From Eledone cirrhosa (Eukaryota), in NCBI GenBank assembly GCA_964016885.1, contig OZ024743.1, forward strand, positions 250,666,001-250,730,000: 64,000 bases of DNA, read 5' to 3'. Numbering within the stretch: position 1 is the first letter of the stretch; every line of letters starts with the position of its first letter. This document shows, in pieces, positions 1-13,300 of this stretch. Position numbers and translations under genes: made by a program. Below the pieces are notes generated by a model. It ran no database searches and was not told the origin of the DNA. It saw nothing but the letters and a program-made list of their open reading frames with translations.

Positions 1-325
1 AAGAAAAACACAAATTGTCAATGATGAAATCTTGAGAAAGGCAAACAATTCTTATTTGTATTGATTCTGATCTTTGCAATATACTAACATAGGACACTCA
101 TAGCTATCTATAATTTACATAAAATAATATATCTTATATTCGAAAGTCCAGTCACAATCTTTTTAAAATGATGGATAGCTTTCCAAAGAGAATGTAAATA
201 TAATGCTATTTGATCTCTCAGGTGAGAAAATGGTTTAATGTTTTTTTCTGTCATTTAAATATATGAAATTTAATGTCGCCAAAAAGAAAAAAAAGTTCTT
301 TTAACCTTTCTAAATGCTTTTATAG

Positions 326-1100
326 AATTTTCTCCATAACAGCTTAACCATTTTAACACCAAAACACCTGAAACTACTTCTCATTCTATAATATGAACCT
401 ATTTATAGTTATCTAAAAATCTTCCACCATAATTGAGAACCATTGTTAAGATATATTTCAAACACTAACTCAATAACAAGAAAGACAGTTCAAATTGGAT
501 CATATCAAATCGATCGACAAGATCCCAAACCTCATTTGTTTACTGAGTGGAGTGGAACTTGTCAAATTGGACCAAGGAAACAATGTTTCCATTGATATTT
601 CCATTGCTGACACTCTCTACCATTTGCAACTACTGGCAGAAAGAGCAATGTGAAATAAATTGTCATACTCAAAAATATAATGCATCGTCTAGTCTAGGAA
701 TTGAACTCACAACCTCACAATTGCAAATCCAATTCTCAAACCTTCACAAAGATAGTTATATTACAAAATCCCTCCAAATACTTGACTATTTTCAAGATTA
801 TTTGAAAATCATAGGCATTGTCTTTCATTAGATATATGGTAATAAAAGAGTTACATATAATTTTCCCCATAACAGCTTAACCCTATTGATACCAAACTAC
901 TTGAATCTACTCTTGGTTCTATGATACAAAACTGTTTATTTTAAGGTGCTTATATTTATCTAAAAACCCTCTACCAGAATGTTATGTAAGAACCTTTGTT
1001 CCAAACACAAGAATTATTCTTGTTTATTTTAAAACTTGTTTGAAAATCATAGGCAGCGTTTTTACTTAGCTGTACAATAGTAGAGAGTTACATATAATCT
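326..1100. repeat. Diverged tandem copies of a short MITE-like repeat (possibly piggyBac-type TTAA-CCC ends)
   Basis: 'ataacagcttaacc..' recurs at ~335 and ~868; 'tttgaaaatcataggca...gagttacatataat' recurs at ~801 and ~1039. Confidence 0.35.
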
Positions 1101-1234
1101 TCTCCAAACCAACTGAACCTACTACTATGATAATAAATGGGTTCAATAAAGGCAACATATCCCATTTGTCAGGTATTTATCAGCTGAAAGGCATATATAG
1201 ATCCACATAAAAAATTAATTATATATAAGGGTTT

Positions 1235-1560
1235 CTGATTTAGGCATAAGGCCTACAACTTTGGTGGGAGGGAAAAATTGATTAAACCGATCCCAGTACA
1301 TCACTGGTACTTTATTTTATCAACCCCGTAAGGATGAAAAGCAAAGTTAACCTTGGTCAGGCTTGTACTCAGAATGTAAAAGGCTGTGCCAAATGGGTTC
1401 TAGTGTAACCACAAGAACAGCATTTTCAGGAGAACAGTAAACCAATTAAATCAACCCAGTATTTGACAGGTACTTGATTTTATTGATGCTGGACAGAAGA
1501 AAAGTAAAGTTGACCTTGGCTGGATTTGAACACAGAATATAAAGAGCTGGAATGAATGTT
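1235..1560 (-). mobile_element. Two degenerate Nin/Deu-domain tRNA-SINE copies
   Basis: Reverse complement of the core 'ctttgcttttcatccttacggggttgataaaataaagtaccag', seen twice. Confidence 0.65.
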
Positions 1561-1816
1561 GTTATGTATTATATATGAATATAGATAGGTATTTTTATTT
1601 ATTTATTTATATATTTATGTATGTATAATTTTTTAGACCACATACAATTTCTTTATGCTTGCACGCGCACACACACTCACATCCATACAGGTGTGTGTGT
1701 TTGTATGCATGTGTATGTATGTGTGTATGGGAGTGTATTAATAAACATGCATACCTATAGAGCTAATTTGGTTTCATTTGTAAACTACATAAACAAACAA
1801 GCAATCACACATATTT

Positions 1817-1859
<43 letters not shown>

Positions 1860-2363
1860 CGCATACATGTATAGAGAGAGATAGAGAGAAAGAGAGGTGG
1901 AACGGGGTGGAAAGCTGCTCATTCAAGTAGAAACCCACACCTTATTGATGTTAACATACATATAGCTTATACATAGCATCGTTTAAAGAATTTCAATATA
2001 TACACAATATACACACGTATAGACATCAAAGACTTTGTATATACACGTGTATGTATTGATTGAGTTAAACCTACTGCATTCTGAACACATGCATTCATGT
2101 GTGCATCTATTGAAAGATGTAAGTATGCAGTACATGCAGCAACTCATGCATGCTCAGATGCACATAGATGCATATGAATAGGAAAGATTGCAGCCATACA
2201 TCTTGACATAGGTAACTATATAACTATGTACGATATATGTGAATAAATACACACCCATACATGAGTGTGTATGTGTATTTATGAATTTTATATACATATA
2301 TATATATATATATATATAAAGAGAGATAGGTATGCAAGGCTTGGAAAAGCATACGTAAAAAAG

Positions 2364-2418
<55 letters not shown>

Positions 2419-2727
2419 GTTTGTCTGTATAAATATATCTTTGAGTATATAAATATATATTTTGTTAACTATTCAAAGAAATACATATGATGGTCTCATG
2501 TTGGAAAGTGAGTCGATTTAGATTAAGAACCATCCATATACCAGCATGGAACCATGTCATGGATTTAATTCCATATTTACTGTAATATATGTGTATATGT
2601 GAATTTATGAATCTCTCTCTCTCTGTATACATACATACACCCAGTTTCACTACACCTCTTACTGCCGAAATATTAATACACGTCAAACTATTATACACAC
2701 TATAAACCATATACATTTATACACATA

Positions 2728-3420
2728 CTAGCAGTCTCCCAGCCTTCACCCCGGTCTGTAATGTGCTCAAATCTATTTATAAGTCACCTATTGCCATCTA
2801 TCATAATGCCAATTTTCCTTGAAATAAAACATGTAGAGGTATTTAAATATTTCATGACACAATTTAAAACTTTATTTCGTATATCTAAATACAGAAAATA
2901 ATAAAGAATATAATAGAAAATTTATTCTATGAAAATTATAAAACATTTACAGAACTTTAGTGTATACAATGTTTTTAACTTTTTACTTTGGGGCATATAC
3001 AAAGAGTTTGTGGTGTCTTCCTTATCTGGAATAACCTACATACAATTGACCATGTGAGAAACAGCTTTCTTCTAGATTGAGACAGACAACCTGCAGGATT
3101 TGACCTTTGAACTTGTTGATAGTCATTGTACAACTGACTCGCACTGGGAATTGCAATCATTTGAAACAAAAAGTGACATCTTGTTGGTATTAGCAGTATT
3201 CTAGGTATAAATACAATGTTTCCCTTACCACATCCAGTGAAGATTTTGCTTCGATAATGTGAGGCTCTAGATCAGTTACAACAATACACATTCTAATCCA
3301 AAATCGTAGCTGATACAGATTTCTGAGAAGAATGATGACTGTGCCCTTCATCAATTCAAGGTTGTGTGGCAGCATAGTGGATGATTCCAGACTGTTGAGA
3401 AATTGCAATGTTTTGGGGGC
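2728..3420 (-). mobile_element. Helitron 3' relic: decayed Pif1-type helicase C-terminus plus CTAG 3' end
   Basis: Minus-strand translation gives FLNSL..LPHNLEL.KG..IILLRNL and (other frame, with stops) LQFPVRVSCTMTINKFKGQ...CFSHGQLYVGYSR; weak GC hairpin ccgg..ctgg precedes CTAG (2731-2728). Confidence 0.8.
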
Positions 3421-4009
3421 CAAGGATTGCTCTTTCACACAGCCATTCCTTATTGGAATGGTAGATTTTGAAATTGGGGATCGCTTAATTAAGTTTACAA
3501 TGCTTTTCACAAGAGAAGAAAATGATGAAGGATCAAAACATCCTTCAGTATCAAGGAATCTTTTCCTATAAATTTAAACGGCTGAGAGGTGCTTATCTCT
3601 AACTCCAAGAGTCCGCCCCCACTCCTTGCCGCCGTTTTCGGAAAAAGGAGTAGTTGGCAAGTGAGTTGGATGTCAGATCTGTCGAAAACAAATGAAAAAC
3701 CAGAAAAAAAAATTTCCATAGAAGAAATCTCTGAGGCTGGTAAAATTGGAAGGTCAACTCCTCACCCCATATCTCTACTGCTGATACATCAGCCATTTTG
3801 GAAGTTAGATACCTTGTTGGACATATTACATTTTTGTAGTGCAAATGTGGCAGCAAAGCAACCATTGTTGATGTATTTACACACATACTTTATAGGTTCC
3901 CCCATTCTGTTTTCGAAAAGCAAAAAGCAACTGAAAGCATATTGTACAGAATGCGAGCAGGTTTTATTTCATCATTGCTTTGTTTCATTATGTGCTATGT
4001 ATTTAGCAG

Positions 4010-4350
4010 CGTGTTCTTTAAAATATGCAGATGTTCTTGAAGGATGTAGCAGGCTGTTTGATTTATTGTTGTGATTAGTGGTAGTGGAGTTATAGTGTCT
4101 AGGGGTTGCTCTATGAGTTAACTTATGTTTGTGCATAGATGTGTGGTCGATTCTGTCACTACCTATGTATTCTATTTCCTCCTTGTATCCAGCCCTAGCT
4201 AGTGCATCATTGTAGTAACTAGCCTTGCCATAGAAACTGTCTCTATGAGCAGAAAACATAGAAATTTCCTGAGCCACACTATTAACAATGGCCTTAGTCA
4301 CTGCCCTAGAGTGATTATAATTGTAACTATCATAATTGAAATGTTTAGTT
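4010..4350 (-). pseudogene. Fragment of a PLE reverse-transcriptase thumb region (probably Naiad-like)
   Basis: NHSRAVTKAIVNSVAQEIS...YYNDALARAGYKEEIEY resembles the PLE SNHP...RIS...Y..AL..SGY pattern. Confidence 0.55.
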
Positions 4351-5111
4351 ATAGACATAGCAACCCCTAGCCACAATAAACCCACTACCACTATAAAGGT
4401 TTTGAGAGTGTTTTAAAAATGAACATGTGAGGGTTGCAAACACAGAAAATAACTAATAACAGTCGGTCCACATAAATAATAACTGACAAAATTGGTAAAT
4501 TACCCTTAGTGATAGAAAAAATGGACAGAGGCAACTACTAGGAATCGACTTCATATGTCTTGAATACCATTGCACTAAAAGGTGAATGAAACTTCTTCCT
4601 GTCACCCTGTAACATAATGATAATGCACTCATATGGTATCCAAGAGATACAGGGTCCGATTCCTCACAGGAATATCTGTAGGAAATTTACCAAATGTACT
4701 CAACAATTATTAATAGTGATCGACATATTACAGTTATTTTCTGCATTTGGGACTCTCATATTTTCAGATTGTTATTTTGTTTGTATTAACACTTGTAATT
4801 TACTATCCACATCAAAGTAAATATACATAATCTATATGTTTAATATTTCTGGTCAAAGTATATTGTCTCTTGCAAAGAGACAATACACAACTTTATGCAT
4901 ATGCACTGCCTTAACCAGCAGCAGATGGAATAACACAGCTAATGGTTAAGTGTGTACCTGCAATTATACACACAGGAATTGGGGAAAGCATAAAATATTA
5001 GTGATATTGATAAATATATTTCATACATGCATTAAGAAAGTTATCAAATGGCATTAACATTGCCTCTTCAAATTGTTTGTCAATATTGCTAGAATGCTAG
5101 TGTGTATATCA

Positions 5112-5142
<31 letters not shown>

Positions 5143-5192
5143 AGTATGTATGTATACGTACATACATATATGTATACAGACGTACAGTAGCA

Positions 5193-5232
<40 letters not shown>

Positions 5233-5239
<7 letters not shown>

Positions 5240-7760
5240 ATACTTGGGGAGGGTCATATTTGCGTAATATTGCCAGAATTAATAACAAAACACACTCACT
5301 GTTTGGTTGGTTTTCGCTTCTCGCTGTCTTTTATATCTGCGATCTAACTTACTCGGTCCTCAATGTTGCCATTGACTGACCGACGGTCAAAAATAATACA
5401 GATACAATATAGACACAAACACATATATATAGTTTACATAATTTACATAAATCTTTCGTTGCACATCTGCAACATCGTCAGTGGTGTTATATATATATAT
5501 TTTTTTTTCCTCCTGTTGTGTTGTATGTCTACGCCATTTTTTATTCAGTCTGTCTATATATTTATTTATTTATTTGCTTATTTGTTTATTTTATTTTGTC
5601 TTCTTTGTGCATGCGTTTGCGTGTGTGTATAGTGTTATGTGTGCTGTGTGACTAGTGTGTATAGTGTTGTGTCTGCTGGGTGACTAGTGTGTGTTTATGT
5701 GCTTGTTGTTATCGTGCTTGTGTATGTATTTATTTATCTTATTTTATTTTATTTTATTTTATTTATTTACTTATTTATACTTCTCTTAGGTCAGTGTTGT
5801 TTGTTTGGGTGTTGTTGTTGTTCCACTCATTCTTTCTGTTTAGCTTTGGTCTTCTAATTTCTATTTCACTGGCCTCTCTGATTTGCCTATCTGCTGGGTC
5901 ATTCCTATGTTTAGATATTATTCTAATTTCTATGTTGTCTATGTTACCGTCATATTGTTGTCTAGCATGTTCATATAGTACTGACCCGTTTTTTCGTCCT
6001 TTTAGTTCCCCCCAGTGTTGGTCTATCCTTTCACCTATGCTACGAGCTGTCTCACCTATGTATGTTGTTGTCATGTTTCTGCAAGTACCCTCTGTACATC
6101 TTATGCTATAGACTACGTTTCTAGTTTTACAGTTTATCCGGGGGTTCACCTTACATATAATACATTTCCTATTGGTACAGTGGGTTTTCTTAAAAGGGTA
6201 GGTTTTGCTGATCAGGGATTTTATGGTGGTTCCTGGCTTTTCTACCACCTTTATTTTTAAGTGGGTCTTTCTCAGGGCCTTTCTACACTGGTTAGCTAAT
6301 TTCCCTCCAGGGGTGGCGTCCACAAACATGACACTCTGATATCTCTGGTTGTCGTACCATGATGTGGCCTTCCCTATCTTATGTCTAGCCCTATCTAAGC
6401 TATTCCAGGATTTGCTCCTGTATAGTGGGCAAATACCTTTCATGTCCAGTTCTATGAGTGTCTTATACTTTTCCATGGCTCCTTCGTATACTCTGACTCT
6501 GTCTCTTTGGTTGTAGCCAGAGAACTGCATGCGGTTGATGAAGTGTTGGATGTGTCTTTCCATTTCTGTTGGGTCGCACATGCTGGACACATTCTTCATC
6601 ACTCGGACCAAATCTGCGATCAGAATATTAAACTTAGCACTACTGGACATTGCTGAGTTTTTGAGTATCAGGTATTTGGAGGTATAAATAAGTAAATAAA
6701 TAGTGGTAGAAAAGCCAGGAACCACCATAAAATCCCTGATCAGCAAAACCTACCCTTTTAAGAAAACCCACTGTACCAATAGGAAATGTATCATATGTAA
6801 GGTGAACCCCCGGATAAACTGTAAAACTAGAAACGTAGTCTATAGCATAAGATGTACAGAGGGTACTTGCAGAAACATGACAACAACATACATAGGTGAG
6901 ACAGCTCGTAGCATAGGTGAAAGGATAGACCAACACTGGGGGGAACTAAAAGGACGAAAAAACGGGTCAGTACTATATGAACATGCTAGACAACAATATG
7001 ACGGTAACATAGACAACATAGAAATTAGAATAATATCTAAACATAGGAATGACCCAGCAGATAGGCAAATCAGAGAGGCCAGTGAAATAGAAATTAGCAG
7101 ACCAAAGCTAAACAGAAAGAATGAGTGGAACAACAACAACACCCAAACAAACAACACTGACCTAAGAGAAGTATAAATAAGTAAATAAATAAAATAAAAT
7201 AAAATAAAATAAGATAAATAAATACATACACAAGCACAATAACAACAAGCACATAAACACACACTAGTCACCCAGCAGACACAACACTATACACACTAGT
7301 CACACAGCACACATAACACTATACACACACGCAAACGCATGCACAAAGAAGACAAAATAAAATAAACAAACAAGCAAATAAATAAATAAATATATAGACA
7401 GACTGAATAAAAAATGGCGTAGACATACAACACAACAGGAGGAAAAAAAAAAAAAATATAACACCACTGACGATGTTGCAGATGTGCAACGAAAGATTTA
7501 TGTAAATTATGTAAACTATATATATGTGTTTGTGTCTATATTGTATCTGTATTATTTTTGACCGTCGGTCAGTCAATGGCAACATTGAGGACCGAGTAAG
7601 TTAGATCGCAGATATAAAAGACAGCGAGAAGCGAAAACCAACCAAACAGTGAGTGTGTTCTGTTATTAATTCTGGCAATATTACGCAAATATGACCCTCC
7701 CCAAGTATAACAATATCTGTTTCGACACACGATTTCATATAAAAAACCTCGCTAAACTAA
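5233..7760. mobile_element. Penelope-like element, two 5'-truncated copies back to back (- 5233-6682; + 6703-7760); same family as 26451-32055
   Basis: ORFs 5775..6746(-) and 6703..7176(+) reproduce the C-terminus of the 1210-aa ORF; pLTR at both ends; embedded in (TA)n. Confidence 0.95.
7467..7494 (+). ncRNA. HHR-like core in the PLE pLTR (also 5454-5481 -, 16794-16821 +, 26737-26764 -, 30870-30897 -, 31800-31827 +)
   Basis: CTGACGA-t-GTTGCA(gatg)TGCAAC-GAAA; stems I and III could not be closed convincingly. Confidence 0.5.
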
Positions 7761-7937
7761 TATATATATATATATATATATACATACAGGTACACATACA
7801 TATATGTACGTATCAGTTTAGCGGACGCTTATTATAACGCCCGCTTTGTTCGTTTGTAAACAAACTGAACAGCCTGAATTTATGCCGTACGGTGTTAAGG
7901 CAACCACGTCACCTTTTTGTTCAACACTGACACAGGA

Positions 7938-7980
7938 ACGATGTACAAGTTTCAAGCTTGTTAGCTATCATTAGCACCGT
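7938..7980 (-). ncRNA. Mutated copy of the 8548 HHR
   Basis: Core reads CTAATGA and stem III reads ACTTGT instead of ACTAGT. Confidence 0.7.
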
Positions 7981-8212
7981 ATACCCTTCTGCCAGATGGT
8001 TGAACGTTCGAAAGTATATACTTTCCTTATGAAAATTAACGGCTGAGCAGCCTAATTTGCATATCGAGTGAGTTCGGTCAGGCGTACCGAGTACGATAAG
8101 TTGTAATAAAATGAAAACGAAATTTCATTTCTCACTCTTAGTACGGCACATACTTAAATGTAAGTATGTATGTATACGTACATACATATATGTATACAGA
8201 CGTACAGTAGCA

Positions 8213-8248
<36 letters not shown>

Positions 8249-8547
8249 CAGGTACACATACATATATGTACGTATCAGTTTAGCGGACGCTTATTATAAC
8301 GCCTGCTTTGTTCGTTTGTAAACAAACTGAACAGCCTGAATTTATGCCGTACGGTGTTAAGGCAACCACGTCACCTTTTTGTTCAACACTGACACAGGAA
8401 CGATGTACTAGTTTCATTTTATTACAACTTATCGTTCTCGGTACGCCTGACCGAACTCACTCGATATGCAAATTAGGCTGCTCAGCCGTTAATTTTCATA
8501 AGGAAAGTATATACTTTCGAACGTTCAACCATCTGGCAGAAGGGTAT

Positions 8548-8590
8548 ACGGTGCTGATGATAGCTAACAAGCTTGAAACTAGTACATCGT
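8548..8590 (+). ncRNA. Minimal type I hammerhead ribozyme
   Basis: ACGGTG-CTGATGA-tAGCT(aaca)AGCTt-GAAAC(ta)GTA-CATCGT; 6-bp stem I, palindromic stem III ACTAGT, predicted cut after 8584. Confidence 0.85.
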
Positions 8591-8741
8591 TCCTATGTCA
8601 GTGTTGAACAAAAAGGTGACGTGGTTGCCTTAACACCGTACGGCATAAATTCAGGCTGTTCAGTTTGTTTACAAACGAACAAAGCGGGCGTTATAATAAG
8701 CGTCCGCTAAACTGATACGTACATATATGTATGTGTACCTG

Positions 8742-8772
<31 letters not shown>

Positions 8773-9035
8773 GCATGCTACTGTACGTCTGTATACATAT
8801 ATGTATGTACGTATATATACATACTTACATTTAAGTAAGTGCCGTACTAAGAGTGAGAAATGAAATTGCGTTTTCATTTTATTACAACTTATATATATAT
8901 ATATATATATATATAGTTATGTACACACATATATATATACATATTTATATACATATATATATATATACATATATATATAAATATTTATATACACATATAT
9001 ATACATATATATATATATACATATATATATATAGC

Positions 9036-10208
9036 ACAGTTGATTAGGGACCGGGTGAAACTAGATGGGTTTGTGCCAGGAAGAGGCACCACTGATGCCC
9101 TCTTCCTTGTGAGGCAGTTACAGGAAAAGTACCTAGCTAAAAGTAAGCCACTCTACCTGGCATTCATCGATCTCGAGAAAGCCTTTGACAGAGTTCCCCC
9201 GTGCTATAATCTGGTGGGTTCTTAGAAAACTAGGAGTAGATGACTGGCTTGTGAAAGCTGTACAAGCCATGTATAGGGAAGCAGTCAGCAAAGTTAGGAT
9301 TAGCAAAGAGCATAGCGAGGAATTTAGCATACAGGTCGCTGTCCACCAGGGCTCTGTTCTTAGCCCTCTCCTGTTCATCATAGTCCTGCAGGCAATAACG
9401 GAGGAGTTTAAGACCGGTTACCCATGGGAACTCCTGTATGCAGATGACCTCGCACTTATAGCTGAATCTATGGTAGAACTAGAGAAGAAATTCCAAACTT
9501 CGAAGCAGGGACTAGAAAGAAATGGTCTCAAAGTCAACATGACAAAGACTAAGGTCCTTGTAAGTAGACGAGAAAACAGAACCCAGATCCCCTCAGGGAA
9601 ATGGCCTTGCTCAGTATGTAGGAAAGATGTAGGTAGTAACTCTATTCTCTGCCTCAAATGCAAACAATGGGTACACAAGAAATGTAGCGGGATCTCAAGA
9701 AGCTTAACTAAGAATGTAGGCTTCACATGCAGCAGCTGTGCTGAGACAGCAAGCAGCAAACAGCCACAGGAAACAAGTACCACCAATTTCTGGGAGGGCT
9801 CTGTAGAAACTGTAGACAGCTTCTGCTACCTAGGTGACTGAATTAGTAGCGGAGGTGGGTGTTCGGAAAGTACAATAACTAGGGTAAGAACGGGATGGAA
9901 GAAGTTCATGGAGCTACTGCCACTGCTAGCTGCTAGCTGCAAAAGGCTTCTCCCTCAGAATGAAAGGCAGACTGTATGATGCGTGTATACGAACAGCAAT
10001 GTTACATGGTAGTGAGACCTGGGCACTGTCTGTGGAAGACTTGCGTAGATTAGAAAGAATGAAGCCTGCATGCTCCGGTGGATGCTCTGGTGGATGCTCT
10101 GGTGGATGCTCCGGTGGCTGTAGAAATCAAGCCAGAATCTGTTCCCGTCCCACTCTTGCAAGCAGGGAAAAGCGGACGTAAAATGAAATGATGATGATGA
10201 TGATGATA
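9036..10208 (+). mobile_element. 5'-truncated RTE-clade LINE with internal deletion and (ATG)n tail
   Basis: FIDLEKAFDRVP, HQGSVLSPLLF and LYADDL motifs, with frameshifts. Confidence 0.9.
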
Positions 10209-10325
10209 TATATATATATACATATACATATATATACATATATATACATATATATACATACATATATATCCATATATATATACATATATATATATACACA
10301 TATATATATATATATATATATATAT

Positions 10326-10427
10326 CATCATCATCATCATCATCATCGTTTAACGTCCATGTTCCACGCTTGCATGGGTTTGGACGGGAGTTTTCCCACT
10401 TGAGGCAAGAGTGGTTGTCTTGCTCGC
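10326..10427 (-). mobile_element. Short 3' end of an RTE LINE (family of 33078 and 37151)
   Basis: (CAT)n followed by 'cgtttaacgtcc..ttccacgcttgcatgggtttgga', matching ~33094 and ~37176. Confidence 0.8.
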
Positions 10428-10834
10428 ATATATATATATATATATATATTTATACATACATATATCTACACATTTATATACATATACATATATACGCATA
10501 TATGTATACAGACATTCAGACAGACAGACAGATAGACAGAAAAAGGGAGGAAAGAGAGAAAAATAAGTCTGAGAGAGAGATTGAAGAGAATATTGAGAAC
10601 AGACCATTCTAGAAGTTGGTTTGAATGTCAACCCAGAATTCCAATTCCACAGAACCATAATGTCCACAAGAATATTACATTGTGCCCTATGTTGTCTGAG
10701 GTTGCAATAAACTTCATTTAATGTGCTTCCGTACTCTAGTCTATATTAATATTTAATTAAACCAATCTAGTCATTGTTGGGGGCGTGAGGTAATAAAAAC
10801 TTATCAATATCATTATTATCATTATCATTATATG

Positions 10835-11470
10835 CAGTGGTTTGGTAATATTTGTAATGTGTTGGACACCATGCTTCGTTGCATAGAGTTACATTCCTTT
10901 ATGTTCTAAGTTCAAATCCCACTGAAGTTAGCTTTGCCTTTCATACTTATGGGGGTCGATAAAATAAAGTTCTAGTCATGCATTGGGGTTGATTTAATCG
11001 ACTTTCCTCTCCCTCAAAATTGCTGGCCTTGTGCCTAAATCAGAAACGATTATTATTGTTATTATTGTGGTAGATTGGCAGACTCATTAGAATGTTGTAT
11101 AAAAGTGTTATAGTATTTGTTTTGGTTCTTTCTGTTCTGATTTCAAATCCCACCAAGGATAGCTTTGCTTTGTGAAGTCAATAGAATAAAGCTCTAATAA
11201 TGAACTGGGGTTGATTTAATCAGCTTTCCTCTCCCTCATAATTCTTGCCCTTGTACCTAAATCAGAAATCGTTATTAGAGTGTCATTAGAGTGTCATACA
11301 AATGCTTTGCAGTATTTATTCCAAGATCAAATCCTGTTGAGGTCAACTTTGCATTTCATCCTTCTGGTGTTGATAAAATATAGTACCAGTAATACACTGG
11401 GGTTAATGTAATTGACTTATCTCTGCCCCTAAATTGCTGGCCTTGTGCCGAAATTAAAAGCCATTATTAT
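10835..11470 (+). mobile_element. Three tandem Nin/Deu-domain tRNA-SINEs
   Basis: B-box-like gttcaaatcc, core 'ctttgcctttcat...gggtcgataaaataaagt', (ATT)n tails. Confidence 0.8.
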
Positions 11471-12763
11471 TTTTGCAGTTGATATTAATCTTACTGATAG
11501 TATCTGCCAATCAGATCTCCTGGCAGAATAAACAAAGGAGCAGCATGAAATAAAATATTTTGATCAAGAACCCAGTTTGCTACCTTATGATCATGAATTC
11601 AACACCCAAAACATTATGCCATGTTCCTTCCATAATACAAATAGGGACCCTTTAAAACTGGTGGTTTTGTTTCATAGAATCAGAACCAGTTTTGTCTGTG
11701 TTGTTATAAAAAGGGTTAAAGGTGTAGTTTACAACCAAAACAATTAGTATATTTATAACTATAATGTTATTTTAAAGCTGAAATGTATAATTAGAATAAC
11801 TAGTATATTTATACTTATCATCTCCATCATCTTTAATATTATGTTGTACTAGCCATGGTTTTTGGCCAGATGCCCATGCTATCACCACACACTTTACAGC
11901 ATGAACTGGGTTCATTATTTGTGCCACCAGCACTAGAGAGGCTGTCTGACTAACCGCAAGAGTCACTCCTCTCTACTCTTTTCAAGAATGTCTTGTTAAG
12001 GTGGTTTCATGTGCTACAGAATATTAAGAATTAAATCTGTACACTATAAACACCATAACTTGTGTGCTTATACCTATGATGTTATTTCTGACACTTTTCT
12101 ACTCAGAATGCAATAAACAGCTAGTTTTCTTAACTATTATAAGATATTAAAACTGTAATTTATAACCACAACGGCCCAGAATGTAATGAATAATTAGTTC
12201 TTTTAACTATTATAAAATATTAAAGCTGTACTTTATAACTCCCACTCCCTTCATTTACTGTGTCTATACATACAACCCTATTTCTAACACATTTCGAATC
12301 ATCATCTTAATCAATCATCATCATTTAACATCCCCTTTCCCTGCTAGTAAGAGTTAGTTGGGTCTTCACTGACTGAGTTTGTAAATAAAGCAGAGCTACT
12401 GACCTCCCAGACAGGCTGAGGGTTCACCTGTTTTCATTTTTCTAAATATTACTTTCACTCAACTACAGATTAGTTTTTCCACCTTCATATATATTATATA
12501 GTATTACTATTTAATATGTTATATAGTGTTGCTATACTGATGTATTTCTATATCAGTTACATCTACTACTAAATACACTTATGTAGAGTTCTCTTCTAAT
12601 TTAGTAATTTTTCAAATTATCATTATTGTTGATGTTGTTATTATCGTCATGATTATTATTTCTACTGTACTATTATTATTGTTGTTGCTAGCATCATCAC
12701 TATTATCATTATTATTAATATTATTATCATCATCATTATTTTTTTGTTATAATCTATATTATT

Positions 12764-12811
<48 letters not shown>

Positions 12812-13240
12812 TTATCACTCTTTGGCACCTCTCTAATTTTCATTCTCACTTCCATGTGAAAGGAATGTATTTCCTGGCTAAATATCTAATTTGTGCAATT
12901 TTTTTTGCTTTTCTTATGTTTTTTTTGCATTATTTATTTATATACTTTTTAAAACTCATCTTGCTCCTTTCTGTAATTTGATCGCTAAACTAATCAATAC
13001 TAAACGGATGATCAATATGTGTAGAAATTACATCAGTGCTGTAGTGGTGGTAGTAGTAGTAGTAGTAGTAGTAACAGCAGTAGTGGTGATGGTGGCAGTG
13101 GAGGTGATAGAATTATCATTAAAGTGTAATGAGAAAAAATAATCTTCCTATTTTAAATAGTTTGGGATTTTTTTTTATATAATGGAAATGGCTCTTTGCA
13201 GCATCTGTCTTTCCCACACATATACATATATATATTTATA

Positions 13241-13249
<9 letters not shown>

Positions 13250-13300
<51 letters not shown>

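Larger units (their letters stand above)
5138..8891. mobile_element. Non-coding ~462-bp HHR-bearing repeat: partial tandem on - (5138-5198, 7783-8416) and inverted full unit on + (8412-8891); interrupted by a PLE insertion
   Basis: Period 462 (7783 vs 8245); reverse-complement copy after 8412; one HHR per unit; (TA)n on both sides. Confidence 0.85.
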
